From NCBI GenBank assembly GCA_964057225.1, contig OZ059899.1, forward strand, positions 7,688,001 through 7,752,000: a stretch of 64,000 bases of DNA, written 5' to 3'. Below, piece after piece: positions 1-14,836 of the stretch. The notes beneath the pieces were generated by a model. That model saw only the letters and a program-made list of their open reading frames with translations. It searched no databases and had not been told where the DNA came from. Source of the stretch: Auanema rhodensis (taxonomy: Eukaryota > Animalia > Nematoda). Every line of letters begins with the position of its first letter. Position 1 is the stretch's first letter. The translations under genes and the position numbers were made by a program.

Positions 1-61
1 AAGGTAAAAAAATATAAATACAACAATAATAATATAGTATAATATAGAAAAAGATAGTATA

Positions 62-64
<3 letters not shown>

Positions 65-98
<34 letters not shown>
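65..98. repeat. (AT)n microsatellite
   Basis: Perfect dinucleotide run. Confidence 0.95.
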
Positions 99-101
<3 letters not shown>

Positions 102-2251
102 TATACATACATGTATGTATGTATGTACAAAAGTAATAATATGCTTTTCAATTGTTCTTTTGTTGAGCTTCAAAATCTGAGCTTTGAATAACCTCTTTGA
201 AGCTGTCAAAAACATAAACTATCCGGTTATCCGGTATAAGTGCATATGAAAGACATCAGAGAATACATGTATGTGAGGTATACGAAAGCGAGATTTAGAT
301 ATAGAAAGTACGGAAGAGGAAGGAAACTAATAAAGACAATAGGATGGAGAGAAAAAGTGTATGTGTGTTTGTGAGAGAAAGGGAGAGAGAGAGAGAAATA
401 TACAGGAAGAAAATGATTTCTCATATAAAGAAACCTTTCTTGATGCTGCTATAAATATCAGCCTTGCAACACTTTATATAGGTTTGTTGTTGAAAAAAGT
501 TTGGAATATGCTTATAAATGAGATAGTGTTTGTATCAATATTTGGTGAAAATCAACTTCACGAAAAGTCCTTAATAAAATATCAAATCTTATCCATTGCT
601 ACAAGAGTAACTATGTAGGTATGTATCTATGTAAATGTTTTTTTATGCATAATATTTACGAAATTTGTAATATATAAAAGTTAATTTATGTATTTATATT
701 TAGTATAATTTAGAATATTTTTTTCAAAGTTAAGAAGAACAAAAATCAAAGATGTGTCAAATACATCAAAATGAAAAACACGGGAAGCGGAAGATGAACT
801 GTCTTGAACGGAAATGAAAAGAGAAGCAATAGATTTATGGATGTGTGAAGCTCATTTCCCTATATTCTTTCTCTTTTAAGAGGCATTATAGTATAAGTTT
901 CAAAAAAAGGAGGAAAAAATAAATAATTTTAAAAATAAAAGAAAAGAAAATTAAATATATTTTATATAAAATTAAGAATTAATCATACATATTATGGATA
1001 TTTTATATTTCTCAATACATATTTATACACTATCTGTATGGATGTTCATTCATTATACTTAATAGTTATTTTATTTTATATTATAATAAATAAAATATAT
1101 TATTTAGAATACTAGAAACTATTTTGTTTTGATAATTAAATCGTTAGAAACAAAAAGAATAAATCCTGCTGATTGTACACGCAATATTGTTTTTTTTAAA
1201 CGTTCTACTCATGCTAATTAAATACAAAAGAAATTATTTCATTATATAAAGTAATTAAAACACTTAAACTTTTTTATTTTATTGAACAAAAAATGAGAAA
1301 TTGAATTATGAGTAATCTACTTATTGAATAAGATTTAGGATCAAATGCTAATGATACATCATTTTTTTGAAATATTTACTTAATCTTTTAATTATAAACG
1401 TACTAACCTTTGTTACCAAATCCATAATAAATATCTTCACCTGATTACAGAAAATCTGAAAACATCATTGTTTAGTGATTTTGTTTTACGACATTGAGGT
1501 TATAAGACAGAAGTAACGAAAATGACGAAAATGAATAATGGGAGCAAAACTAGACTGCAAAATTCATTATAATCCAGGTTGACATATCCAAGACGTTAGT
1601 GGATTTATTTGTAAAATTTACTAAAAATAAAAACAAGAAGAAGAAAGTCATGACGACAATTCTCATATTTTGATAAACATTACTAAAAGTTTTTTCTGTT
1701 TCCCCCTTTTCTCACTCTTTCTCTTTGACTATCTATACAGCGAAAATGCTACTTTTGCTTTTGAAAAGATATTCTTTGAAATAATTTTAAAAAACAATTA
1801 ATAAATAGAAATTAATAACTTGGAACTGTTGAAATAATAAAATGAAAACTGGAAAATATATACATATGTGTAGATATTGTTATGAATCACGCTTAAGATT
1901 ACCAGCTATCAAATAGAATACAAAGTCAAAAGGACGATAGAACTATCTAAAATTGAAAAAAAAAAAGAAAATACAAAAATATTTTTCGAAATTTAAAATA
2001 AAATACTATAACTTTCAACTTTGCCTAAGCATGGTAAAAAGAAATAGTTGAATAAATAGGATGAATCATCAACCCACATAAACTTCCTCAACGAAAAAAA
2101 AGAGAAAGAAAGAGAGTAAAAGCACCAGTACGTTCAAGTTGATATTTCCGATAAAATATAAATATCTAGAATATATGTGTATTTTCCTCTAATTCATTAA
2201 CCTGACTTAGATTAAGTATACTATATAAGCAAAGAAGCTTAAACTATACAT

Positions 2252-2259
<8 letters not shown>

Positions 2260-2292
<33 letters not shown>
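2260..2292. repeat. (AT)n microsatellite preceded by a short (CA)n
   Basis: Directly visible. Confidence 0.9.
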
Positions 2293-2302
<10 letters not shown>

Positions 2303-5300
2303 CTATAACATAGATTTTTATGTTTTAAAAGAATATTTCATATAATAATAAATTAAAATAAAAGTATATATATATATATATATATATTATTAAAATTAAA
2401 AGTATTATACATTTCTTCAACAAAGAAAATATTAAAATGAGATTGTGATGAAGTTATGGCAAATTATATAAAATTTTCATTGGTAAAGGAGTGAACTATA
2501 AATCTCTTAAGGAATCTCTTCATTTTAATTAGAATGAGTTTAAGCTATAATGAGTTGGTAGATCAGTTGCTTCCCACTCAGATAATAAGATTTGTTTAAA
2601 TTCTAAAATAATCAATTGAATCTTAGTAATATAATTAAATATTTTTTTTTGGTATATTAAAAAACTGTTAAAAAGAAATTGTGTAGAAAACATGAAACAA
2701 GTACAAAGTTTATTAGAATATCGTATGACTTCCGATAAATAGTTAGAATTTAAATGATTCTCTATCATGTAAGAACATAATTATTCTTATAATTTTTTGA
2801 TTTTAAATCTCCAAAATATGAAAATATGTTTTCATAAATTAAAATAGAAAACAAAAATGAAATTTATTAGGTGAAAGAACGACCTTCCAAGTTCAATGAA
2901 AGTCCCCAAAAATATGTTTTTTTTCTTTCTCTTTATGAAAAACATGAAATAAATAATTCTGAGAAGTCCTGAAGAATTGATGATATTCAAATTAATTATA
3001 TGAGAATATAATAGTTGGTAATTGTGGTAAATCATAGTTTTAAGTAGAGTATATGTATGTTTTTATGAGAAATACGTTGACCAAAATGAAAAAAACAAAG
3101 AGAGAGAGAGAGATAGAGAGAGACAGAGAAGAGTTCAGGAAAAGATTATAATAGTGAAACCTGAATCAAAATTATAAATATTTTCATCATACTTTTTATG
3201 TATACATATGTATGTATATACAGTATAGTTTATGATTAAATAATGTTTACTAAAATCACTGAATGAAAACAAAATTTTTGAAAAATGAGGAAAAGGATGC
3301 GAATAACGTAAGATTTTTTTTGTTGAAGAAAACATGAATTCTCTCAAGAATAGTTAATTTGTTATAATGTAGTTATGTTTGCTGTTTCAATGATTCTCAA
3401 AACAAAATATATTTTTTTCGTAAAAATAGGTCAAAAACTAGAAAGAATTCTTTGTGATTCGATATATTTTTTTTTTGAAATAAACAATTTCAAAATATAA
3501 TATGCACTATTATATCAGTAATCACATTTCCTGTACATAGATGAAAACTTAAAGAAGATTATAAATCAATGAAAAAAACACCAAAACATCCTGAAGAAGT
3601 TTTTTTGGTTTTTCATTGTCTACAAGTAGAACCTAATCCAGATGTCGTCGTATGTGAAGCTGTTGATTAAATTAGAGTAAGAAATTTCCGGATGGTAACG
3701 GACTTTCAATTAGATAGAAGCATGGCCAGAAACAGCAGTGTGGATAGCTGGACCCACAAAGATGAGTTAGTTTCCTACTGAAAGTCATAGAGACATACAT
3801 ACATCACGACGTCAAAATGCCTTGAAGCGAAACTGATCAAAGCACGTGCATCAGCACCGTGGTAGTGGTGGTCATTAGCGTTCATGTAGCGGTGAGAAAC
3901 GACATGGAATGATGTTAAAAAGAAAGATGGTGAAGAAGCTTAAATGCCGATAAAATGAAAATCAGAAAAGATGGCAAATCTTTGTAACTGAAAAGAAAAA
4001 AGTGAGAAAATAAAATAAGGAAGGAAAAAGATCGAAAGATATGTATAATCATATAAAAATAAATTTATTTTATAGAAAAGTTTATTTGGATTTGAAAACA
4101 ATTTTTTTTTATTAAATATTGGTTAATATCCTATTATACATATATGTACGTATAGTTTATATCTGATCATAGATTATGAATTGATAATTTATGGAACTTT
4201 TTTCATAGTTAAATCATAGGAAAAGAGTGAACCCTATGAAGCCTAGTTGAAAATACAGAATATAACGACATCAACATGCTTACGTTAGTGGAGTTCCTCG
4301 AAGCGTTGCGTGGTAACTCAATGAGCTATAAATGGTCATATGAAACCTATTATAGTTGCAAATAAAAGATGATAAGTACATATGTATATACATATGTATT
4401 CCGGATTATAATTTTATTTTTTCAACCTAGCTATGAATAAATAAAGCAAAAATCATAAAAATTAAAATAAATACTTGACTGAAAATGCAATTGTTTTCAA
4501 TAGTACTGCAGAAGATTGTTTTCACATTTCCTACTATGCTTTAGGTACTTGAACATTGACTTCCTTCGAAGCTTTTTTCTCTCTTCTCATTTTCAGAAAT
4601 TTTGTTAAGAAATATGTAAAATCTATATAATAGAAAAACATTTTAGTTCAATGTTGTACTTTAATAAGAAGTACAGAAATAGAAAATGACTAAAAATTTC
4701 ATGAAATATCTATTGTTTTCAATTTGATTGACAGGATATACAAAAAAATTCGAAGAAATGGACACAACTGCTTGCTTCGCATAAGAAAAATTGAAATTAC
4801 GTCACTTAGAAAAGATTTTTTTATGTAGATTTCACGTAAATTGGATTAGCATATTAGACTAACGTGTTAGGTCAATTTGTGCTTCCTTGAATCAATGATT
4901 CAGAATTTGACATCAAACAATGTTGACAGAAACACATAGAAAACAGACACATTCACAACAAAAATGACAGTTCTCAGAGGTAATATATGATATTTAGAAG
5001 AACAAGCAGTTGAGTGTTCCATTGTTCTGTTTGAAAGTTAATCAAATGATTGAAGAAATGGCAATATTCTCTTGAAAATTAGTTGATCAACTATAATAAG
5101 GTCAACATAGACTGTTAATAAGCTATATTATTCATTTTGACGTTCTCTACTATAGTAATATCACATGCTATATTGACATATGATAAAAGCTAATTTTCTG
5201 GAATCGATAGCACAATGAATGAAGATGTGGATATTATTTGAACATTTTGAATTGTTCTCCAGACAGTATGCCTAACAGGAACCTTTCAAGGAAAAACAGT

Positions 5301-6686
5301 TAAAGCATAGAAAAATAGGAAGATCAATGATGAAGTAGTGAAAGCAATCAAATAGCTGTCACTTCTTAGAAAAATAAACCTATTCATCAAAGGTTTTTTT
5401 TCTATTAGAATTTTGGATAATCTTGAAATCATTTCCTATTTGTTTTTTTAGTTGCCAAAATAGATCAAAAATTGACAAATACATAAATAAAAGGTTTGGA
5501 TGTTTCTTTTCTTTAATTTTTTTTTATTTTCTAAACAAATAATAGGAAATTATAAAATTTAAAGAATAAAATTAAAATATATATTGAATCATATTATGTT
5601 GATCTTTTAATATTATATGAATATTAAAAAGTGCAAAATGTGAGATTTACGTTTTGAATTTTTAATAAGCCTTTCATAATAAAGGTCACCATAAGAAAAA
5701 TTAAGAGAACTTCTTTGGCATGTTTCAATAAAGGACAATACTATATTAACACTAAGAAGTCGTCCAGTTGTTAAATTTGAAATTTATTATGAATGTATTT
5801 TATCGATCAACTCAATTAATATAAAAATAACTTAAGTATAAGCTTAAACTTCTATTTACATGTGTATGAAACAAAAGTTTGTGAAAAGAAAAGATGTGAA
5901 ATAAGTTTTGTTAAGTTTAGGCGTTGAAGTTCGATGGTATAAAAGTATATTTTTACGAAAAAAGTTCATTTTTGCTGACCAAAACAGGAAACCTTATGAT
6001 TATTATTATATGAAATTTGACATTTTATTTCGGTACATTTTTTTTTCTTTTTTTTTTCAATAAAAAAATATAATATTTGAAGAAAAATTGAGAAAGAAGT
6101 TACTGCCCTTCAGAAAAAGAAACAACATATTATTTTGAATAGGATATCGGCTCAGATAGTCGTTTGTGAGCTGGAGACAAGGAAATAGAAGTTAAGGAAA
6201 AAAGCTTTGAAGCATAACTTGTTGCTAACAGTTGCTTTTGTGGAAACTTTTAAAAGCATTACTTACTTAATTAATTAAATTCTAAAATTCGATCCAAATG
6301 CTCAACTCTATTTTTACTTTCAGGGAAAAAATTGATATGCAATAGAACTTCTATCAGAGTACAACAACTACATGTTGTTAAATAAACCTGTAATGTTTTG
6401 TTGAAGTGAGAAACAGACAAAAAACTTCAATTTTTCTGATAAATTAGGCAAGTACAGAAGCTTATCGTTGAAAAAATAAGATGAATTAACTTTTAGACAT
6501 GAAATATATTTCATGTTGTACTTGCAGGTCATTTGTCACATAATTATTGTGAAAGAATTATTCTCTTTTAAATTAAAAACAAAACATTTATTTAGAATAT
6601 TAAATAGTAGAAATTGAATTTTAAATGATTTTTCATGTTTCAAATAAAGTATTTATGTATATAACGATACCATATTTTTCAAATTA

Positions 6687-6692
<6 letters not shown>

Positions 6693-6732
<40 letters not shown>
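6693..6732. repeat. (TA)n microsatellite
   Basis: Directly visible. Confidence 0.95.
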
Positions 6733-6737
<5 letters not shown>

Positions 6738-7699
6738 TGAAATACAAGGAAGAACGTTTATGTATATAGATGTTAATTTTCGTATGCTATACATATTCTC
6801 TTTATCTTAACAAAATCTATATATATACCCATATTTATAGAGAGAAAGAAAGAAAAAGAGAGAAAGAGAGAAAGAGAGATGCGGAAATAAATGTGTTGTT
6901 CTTTGAAGAAGTAACATCATTTCCCAAATTTCTCATAAAATTAGAACTCTATGAACTCACTATTACATTCAGGAGTTGTCGAGAACATGAAGAATTTTGA
7001 TAAGATTGCCTAGTACATTACTCAGAATCGTTCAGAACAATTTCAAAGAACAATTAAGTCTTTTTGCCATTTCATTTCGTGAATAGAGTTTAAGTATTAA
7101 GAGAATTAAATAGAATATGTATAAATATAGATATCTAAATGGTATTATATATACAAAACTCAAGACAAAACATACACATATATCAAATCAAAAAAAATAA
7201 GTCTTCAGAACTAAAAATTCTTTGAAATTTTGAAAATTTAGCATTGAAATCTATTTCCCTTTCTCTTTGTTTGCCAATCAAACTTCTTATGATAAAGCCT
7301 TAAGCGAATAGTCTAATTCTATCCGCTATTCTCAAATTCTCTTGTCATTATTGGTCCCGGGTGGATAAACTAATGTCAGAAAAGGCCTCCTTAATGAACA
7401 TGTCTTACAAATCAAACAGCCAGCATGAGGTTTCTACTAAAAAAAGCTTGCAAAGGACGAAATTAAAAGCAAACGCAGGCAACAACGTCGCTTCACGCAC
7501 TGACGTCATCTAGCACATCTTTTCTTGAGTGGACTCATCAATCGTTTCGAGAAACATGGCTATCCAGAAGCCATTGCAGTTGCTAAAACTCATAGTGCGT
7601 TTTCAATATGTATTAGAAAACCTTCCTTTTAAAAAGAAAAGTTCATTGAAAACACTTTTTTTTACATTACTGCCGGCTACTTATAGAAAGATTGAATAT

Positions 7700-7722
7700 G
7701 TGAGTGAGTGAGTGAGTGAGTG
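7700..7722. repeat. (GAGT)n tetranucleotide repeat
   Basis: About five copies of TGAG. Confidence 0.85.
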
Positions 7723-9319
7723 AAAAAGATTAAAATAGATAGATGAAAGATTTTAGCAAAGTAGAACTAAGAATATAATTTAAAGCAAAAGTTAAAATTG
7801 TTTCTGATCCACAGTCAATCCAGTTTTATTGATTTAATTCATTTTAGCTTATATGAACATATTTCTAAAAATAATAAAATAAAATTAGAAAAAAAAAGGA
7901 AATTTTGATGGAAGGTTCTTTAGAACGTGTAACCATCACATCTGTCATAATTTTTTTTTTAATTTTTTGATTTAGTAATCGAAGAGCAAAAAGTTACTTT
8001 GATTTCAAGCATATGCAGATTCATCTTTTTGAAGATTTTTAGGCTTCTTTTTATCATTTTCCCTCCCTTTTTTCTCTCTCCCTTTCTTACTCTCAATCTT
8101 ATAACACTTTAGAATTATAATAAATAGCCAATAAAATATAATAAATATTATAAATATAGTTAATTGGAATAAATATATTTATGATTTTGCACAAAAAATT
8201 CTTTCATTTACAATTAAAATAGAAAATATTTCATTCATTTGAAAAAAAAAAGATAAAATTAAATATATTTTATCTTACTTTTTTGAAAAATTAAACAACT
8301 GAATAAAGTATGTTTTGTAAGCTGAAATGAAACCAAATTAAGCAGCTCATATCAAAGTTATCATTGAATGGAAACAATTCATAAACGGAGGTCTAAAGAT
8401 TGGAAAAAGCTTCAATGATGCTATATCTTTTTAAAATGAAATAATTTTAAAAATATTGGATAATAAAGCAAAAAGAGGTGAAATTCAATAAAATCAAAAG
8501 TTCATAGTAAGGATGATGCAAGAACTGAAAAATGGGAATAATGAGGATTTTTCAAAAACAAACAAGTATGTAGTCATAACATATCAGAGATTATAATATA
8601 AGAAAGTAATATAAACTTATCTATACAAACTTATAGAAACTTGAGAAGAAATTTAGCAGATATGAAAGAAATATTAGAATAGAGATGATACTACAGTTAT
8701 TTTAATATGAAATAAATAAAATAGGTAAAAACGTTTCATATAAATATATTTTGAAAATTTGGAATGAAAGCTCATTTAGTAAAGATTCTATAAGCTTACA
8801 AGATTTTTTTTCTTTACATATAATACATTGAAATGAAATAAAATAAAATCTATGAAAAAATAGTTAGTTTATGTATGTATTAAGGTAAACATACGTAAAT
8901 TGTAAAAGAAAAGAAATGTTTATGCAAGTTTTGATTTTTTATAAATATATTTTACCATATTATATGATTCTTTTCTTTATTTAAATTTATAACAACAACG
9001 GAAAAATGTTTCAAAAAAATAAAACTTTTGTAACTGAGAAGATGAGAAGATGAGAAGATGAGAAGAAAATATTAATACTCTAACTAAACATGAAAGTTCA
9101 ACATTTTTTGTTGTCATTGTTTTAAAGAAGTGAATTTAAGGAAACAAAAATAGAAAAATAATATGTTGTTAGAATATAAGAAGCTTAAGCATATCACTTT
9201 CACTTTATAAACTAATTTTTAATCTTAATATCCTGCTTTTCTGAAACGAAAATGAGTCACATTATACGTGATTGGTTTGGGTATTTTGATGAAATATTTT
9301 TCATACCTATACACATAAA

Positions 9320-9321
<2 letters not shown>

Positions 9322-9361
<40 letters not shown>

Positions 9362-9374
9362 TATATATATATAT
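9322..9374. repeat. Compound (CT)n/(TA)n microsatellite
   Basis: Directly visible. Confidence 0.9.
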
Positions 9375-12300
9375 GAAAATTATAGTTTAATTTTTTTTTT
9401 TAAATAGTTCATGAAAATAAATAATCTATATAATATAAATACAAATATACAAACATATGTATACATTTGTATGTAGTCTTCTAAAATAAATATATAGAAT
9501 ACTAATTAAGTGTATCCTGATACAAACAAGTCACTGGGTATTGCTTTTGGCAAATCAGTTAAAAAAAAGTTTTTTTTTTGCTGCTGTTCACGCAAATCAT
9601 ATTGCCGTCACTTCATTTTCACAAGGCTTCATATTCATATGTCACTATGTGTATATTCCCTGTCGTCTGACATGACATTTTAGGAAAAATACACTTTGTG
9701 TTAGAAAATAAAAATTCAAATGTCTATGAATGTATTTCAAAATATAAATAAACATTTAAAATTCAAAATTCAAAAGAAAATATGCTTACAAGTAAATATA
9801 AGAATTTGTACTGGTTTATGAATAAGTAGTCAGTTGTAGTTAAGATTTCTGGAAAAACATGAAACATGCTTAAAATTAAGAATCAACTTAAGCTTTTAAA
9901 TCCCATTTCACATCGAAATGAATTTTCATAAAATTAAAATTAAACACTTGTATAGAATTTGAAGTTTTAGTTTAAAAATAATAAAAATAAAACAAAAATA
10001 CACAACAAGACAGTCAGAAATTGTATTTTGTAATTGTTGAAATAAATTTTTTGGCTATGATATGATAGATGAGAAGAAGCCATACATTTCTTTGTTGTAT
10101 CCAAGTCATGTTCTTTTCTTTTTCCTTCTTCACAAATATTATAGTATATTACTTTGATTGAATAGATGCAGGAGAAAGGGTTAGATTTCAAGTTTCAACT
10201 AAATAACACAATATAATCTCAAATGTTCGGTCATGCATAGTGCCTGGCGAAACATTTTGAAGAAAAATTGTTAAATATGTTAGTATTTTTAGCTTAGAAA
10301 AAGTATATTACTTCATAGTATAATAGGTAAAGTTTATAAATTTATCCAAGCGTTAAAGTTGCAAAAACTTAAATATCTATGTATATATGTATGTGGATTA
10401 ACCAGTTATATTTAAAGGTATAGACATTTACTTTTTCTACTTTCTTCTTTCTAAAGTGAATTTTGGTTGTTTCACTAGAAACCTGATGTATAACCTCTAG
10501 TTAAATTTTTCTTTATTTACTTTACGAGAAAATCATATTTTCAAAAAAGATATAGAGAAGGGTTTTAGTTAAATAACTTTAATATTCAAAGAAATTACTT
10601 TTTGCAACAAAATTTGCTGAGAACTATTTTGCAATGAGACAGAGTAGATGGCAAATTTAAATAAAACTACATTGCTGTGACAGATGCAAATATCATGATT
10701 TATACTTTGAAAATTGCTTTATTCTATCAGTTTTTTTCCAATTTTTTTCTCGCATATCTGAAGATAGAATATGAATATAGATAGATAATATGTGGTACAA
10801 GCAGATGATGTTTAGAGATATCGATACTATGAATGCACTTGATTCATGAATTTCTGTTCTATAATTTTAATTATTTTATAATTTGAAAATATAAAATGAG
10901 TTAAAGCTGAGATTATGAATATAGTAGAAGGCACAAGGGCAATTTTCAAAGAATATTCTTGATGAATTTGGAACGATTAATCCAAGTATAAATGTAAAAT
11001 GAAATCATTAAGATTAGATAGTGGTATATTTCAATAGTTCTCGTTAGATATAATAGAGTAATAAGTAAGTTATTTGCAAATAAGATAGAACATTCATGTA
11101 GATTAGACATTTTACCTCACCAAAGCTTCAAATTGTGTTATATTGCTTTGAACATCAGTATTAATTTTAGACGAACAACCTTCATTGAAGAGAAAAGTGT
11201 TGAAAAAAATTTATTTTTAAGAAAAACTAGAAAATAAATAAAATTCCGTGAAGAATTAAATGTTGAAACAAGGTGTCTTTTTAAAAAAGAAGTTGTAGGA
11301 TAATCAAATAATCCATAATATATAATTAATAAGTTGTTGTAAGTATAAACAATTATTTTAATATTGAAGAATTAAAGGATAATAATCTTTTTTTATATAA
11401 AATTTTATATTACTATAAAAATTATGTGATTATATATAATATATATATAGATTTATATCAAATATAATTTGAGAATGAAACTTTTTTCTCATTTTTCAAA
11501 CTTTTAGAGCAAAGTGACAAACGTATACGTAAATATTCATAAAATTTTCCTCATTGTCTCATATATTTCTTGGAGACAATTATAGAATCGTTGCCAGAAA
11601 ATGAAATTTTCGTGACGATAATTATAGAAATTGAATGAAAAACTTAGCTTATGGTTCAAAAAAAAGGATTTATTAGGCAAACATTTTTTATTTTTAGTTA
11701 GATTTTAGTTAAATACATATATAATGGCTTCTGATTTAAAAAAAAAAGTTTAAAAAAGTATGGAAATAGCAGAGATCAGTTGAAAAGGGATAAATTTAAC
11801 GAATTGAAGACTCAATGAGGAGATTACAGCAGCACTGATGAGCTAAAGGGATTACAGGGATTGTTGTATAAGAGACGGCTTCGTCGAAATTCATTTCAAT
11901 CAAAATATTCATAATTTATTAGCTTTGCATTACAAGTAATTATTATTTATCATCAATTATTAAAAAATCAAAAGAAAAGATTAGTTTACTCTACATCTGA
12001 ACGATCAAGATGATAGATTCACGAAAAGTGATAGAAGAGGAACGACTTAGAGAAAGATCAGGGACAAGAGCATGCTTCATCTCTTTTATCCCTCCCCTTT
12101 CTCCTTCTACCCTTCCCACTTCCTTTATTTTATTCTCTGTTCAACTTCCTCCTAAACTCTTTTTTTGTAGTTTTCGTTTTTCAAAAGAAATGTTAAAAAA
12201 TGGTCGTAAAAGATAAATGTTTTGAGCTTTCACATAGTTTATATGAAGTCTCATAGTTAAATGTTGTCAAGTTGAAAGCCTGTTATTACTCTCTGTGGGA

Positions 12301-12786
12301 AATCACAAAACCGCCTTATGCTGTTTAAACTTCAAACTCGAAAAAAAAGGAATTGCTCGAACTATTTCCAAAAAAACGATAAGCTTTTCATTTTACTATT
12401 GAAGTATGAAAACGAACAAAATCCAGGGACGAACTTCCAATAGATATGTATAATTCAAATAAGTTAATGTTGCATCATTTCTAACTTAATGTGAAAATCG
12501 AAAACAACAAAAACTTCTGAATACAATTGAATTTTCAATATAATTTTTTTGATTTTTAAACAAAAATCAAAAAATTCTTCTTATATTACAATTTAACAAT
12601 ATTGATATGAAAAAGAAACTACTTAGTTTTAATAAAGAAAAAAAAATCTTATAATTCGTCGTATTTATCACATAAACCATACACCTCCCTCACATCTTAG
12701 ATTAAAGCTACATGATCTGATTCAAGTATTTTTTCAACAATACAATATTTCTAATATATATAGACATATATAATTAAACTTTTAAC

Positions 12787-12789
<3 letters not shown>

Positions 12790-12818
<29 letters not shown>
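12790..12818. repeat. (TA)n microsatellite
   Basis: Directly visible. Confidence 0.9.
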
Positions 12819-12823
<5 letters not shown>

Positions 12824-14836
12824 TTGTATAGTTATAAGTTAAAGATGTATATGATTTATATATCTGTTTATCAATCATTCACTATTATTTTTCTTATAAT
12901 TCAATCAGTACCTTTGCAAAGACTAAATCAAAGAAAATAAAGATTGACATAGCTATACAATGATTTCAAAGAATTATATAAAGAAAACAAATAAAATATA
13001 ATGACAAATGACAATTTCATGTCAAGTTCACGTGCAATAATAATGAATTCTATTCAACATCTATTAGACTATTAGAATGGTTGTTATCTTGTGAACATTG
13101 AATCTTTGTTACTTCTTACTTTCACACAAAGAAATATTATTTGTTTTGAGTTATCATCTACTACTTTGATTGTTTTAACTTTATCCTTTCTTAATAAAAA
13201 TCTTTTTTCTTCTTTTCATAAATCATTCTTTCTTCTCCTTAAATCTTTTCTTATGATATCAATCAAAGTAGTAAGGTCAATAACATAAAAGAAGTAAAAT
13301 CAATTGTATTTTCAAAGAATAATTACTAGAAATAATAAACTATATAATATAATAGTTAAATATAAAATTAGATTATTCTTTTTAAAAATAGTTATAAGAT
13401 ATTATTTGAAATATATAAGATTTAAATTAAATATTGATTTTGAAAGATATGCTTATATTATTTCTAATAATTAAATATAAATAGAATATATTAAAAATAA
13501 ATATAATTAACGTTTAGATGAACATTCATATTCTGATAGTTAACTGAAAAACATCCTTTTAAACTGACAATGAAAGTACGTAATATGAATGAGAACATCC
13601 TGTCAATCGAAACGATTATGACTCTGACTGATGAACATGCTGAGGCTGATATTAATGATTTGAGCGATTAAATTGAATAATAAAGGTTCACATTTTTTAG
13701 AAAATTCTGAATGAATATTCAGAAATTTAAATAATATGTTTATATAAATATATATATATATACAATATTATATAATTGAATGTATGATATGACTTACATG
13801 TAAACAGAAAGCTAAAAACTTTCACATTTTTACAACATTTGATGAGTTTTGTGTGACTCGTTGTAGTTGCTAATCATTAATTATTTTTTAAAATTCATAA
13901 TATATGTAGGGATTACAATTGAAAAACAATAAACATTCAAAGTCATCAGCATCAATTATCAGTTCGCAAATCACTTTCCTCAAAGCTGGTAGGCTGTTTA
14001 AACTTGATGAAGCTATTTAATAATGGAAATAAAAACAGCTAACAAAAACAGCTGAACGATGTTGTAGTAACACAAGAATAATAATTCTTGTTTTACGATC
14101 TGAATAGTCTTGAAAGCAATATGAAAAGTTTCAAAACATGGTTGAACTAGGAAATCGTAAAAGCTTTATCGCTTAAAACATCGTGAGAGAGGAGGGGGTG
14201 TCAAAATACGATGTGGTATTAATGAGTAAATTTTAAATAAAGTATTTATGAAAATAAATTTTGATTATGTATGATGTAAAAGAAAAGACTTCTATATAAA
14301 GTGGAAAATGATCGAGCAGGATTAGTTGCTCAGGAAATTCTTTCAAAAAAAAAAACATAACTCCTCTAATCTTCTGTAGAAAAAAAAATGTGTTAAAAAA
14401 CTATAAAAAGCTAAGAAAATTTTTATACATTAATATAAAACTCTCAAAAACAAACAAGCAGTCTATATTAACTTGTTGAAACAAATAAAAAAATGAAAGA
14501 ATTCTGCACTCGTAAAGCATTCGATGTAGTTATTTTCGCTCAAAAAAAGTGATAACTGTGCTTACTATTGAACAACTAACAGAAAATAAGCTAAGAATTG
14601 AATAATACAAGCAGATTTCCTAAGAAAAAAATTTAAAATACTTAAATATACGAATTTCGAACCAGTTTCGTAAAGTATTTGGAAATGAAAAGAAATTCAG
14701 AGATTTTCTATTGAAGATAAGGTTAAAAACTAATTATTAGACTAAAGATTGTTAGTTATTTAAATAGATTTTTTTTTCCGTAAAAAAACATATAATTATA
14801 GGAATTGCACTCTAAAGATGAAATACGTCTGGTTAT

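Noticed and set aside
11836-11890. Hammerhead-like pieces: CTGATGAG ... GACG-GCTT-CGTC-GAAA
   Set aside because: Stem II does not follow CUGAUGA directly (~30 nt gap) and I could not form stems I and III.
227-13288. Short ORFs listed in the first 14 kb
   Set aside because: Composition rich in F/I/L/Y/K, overlap with microsatellites, no domains or consistent splice phases.
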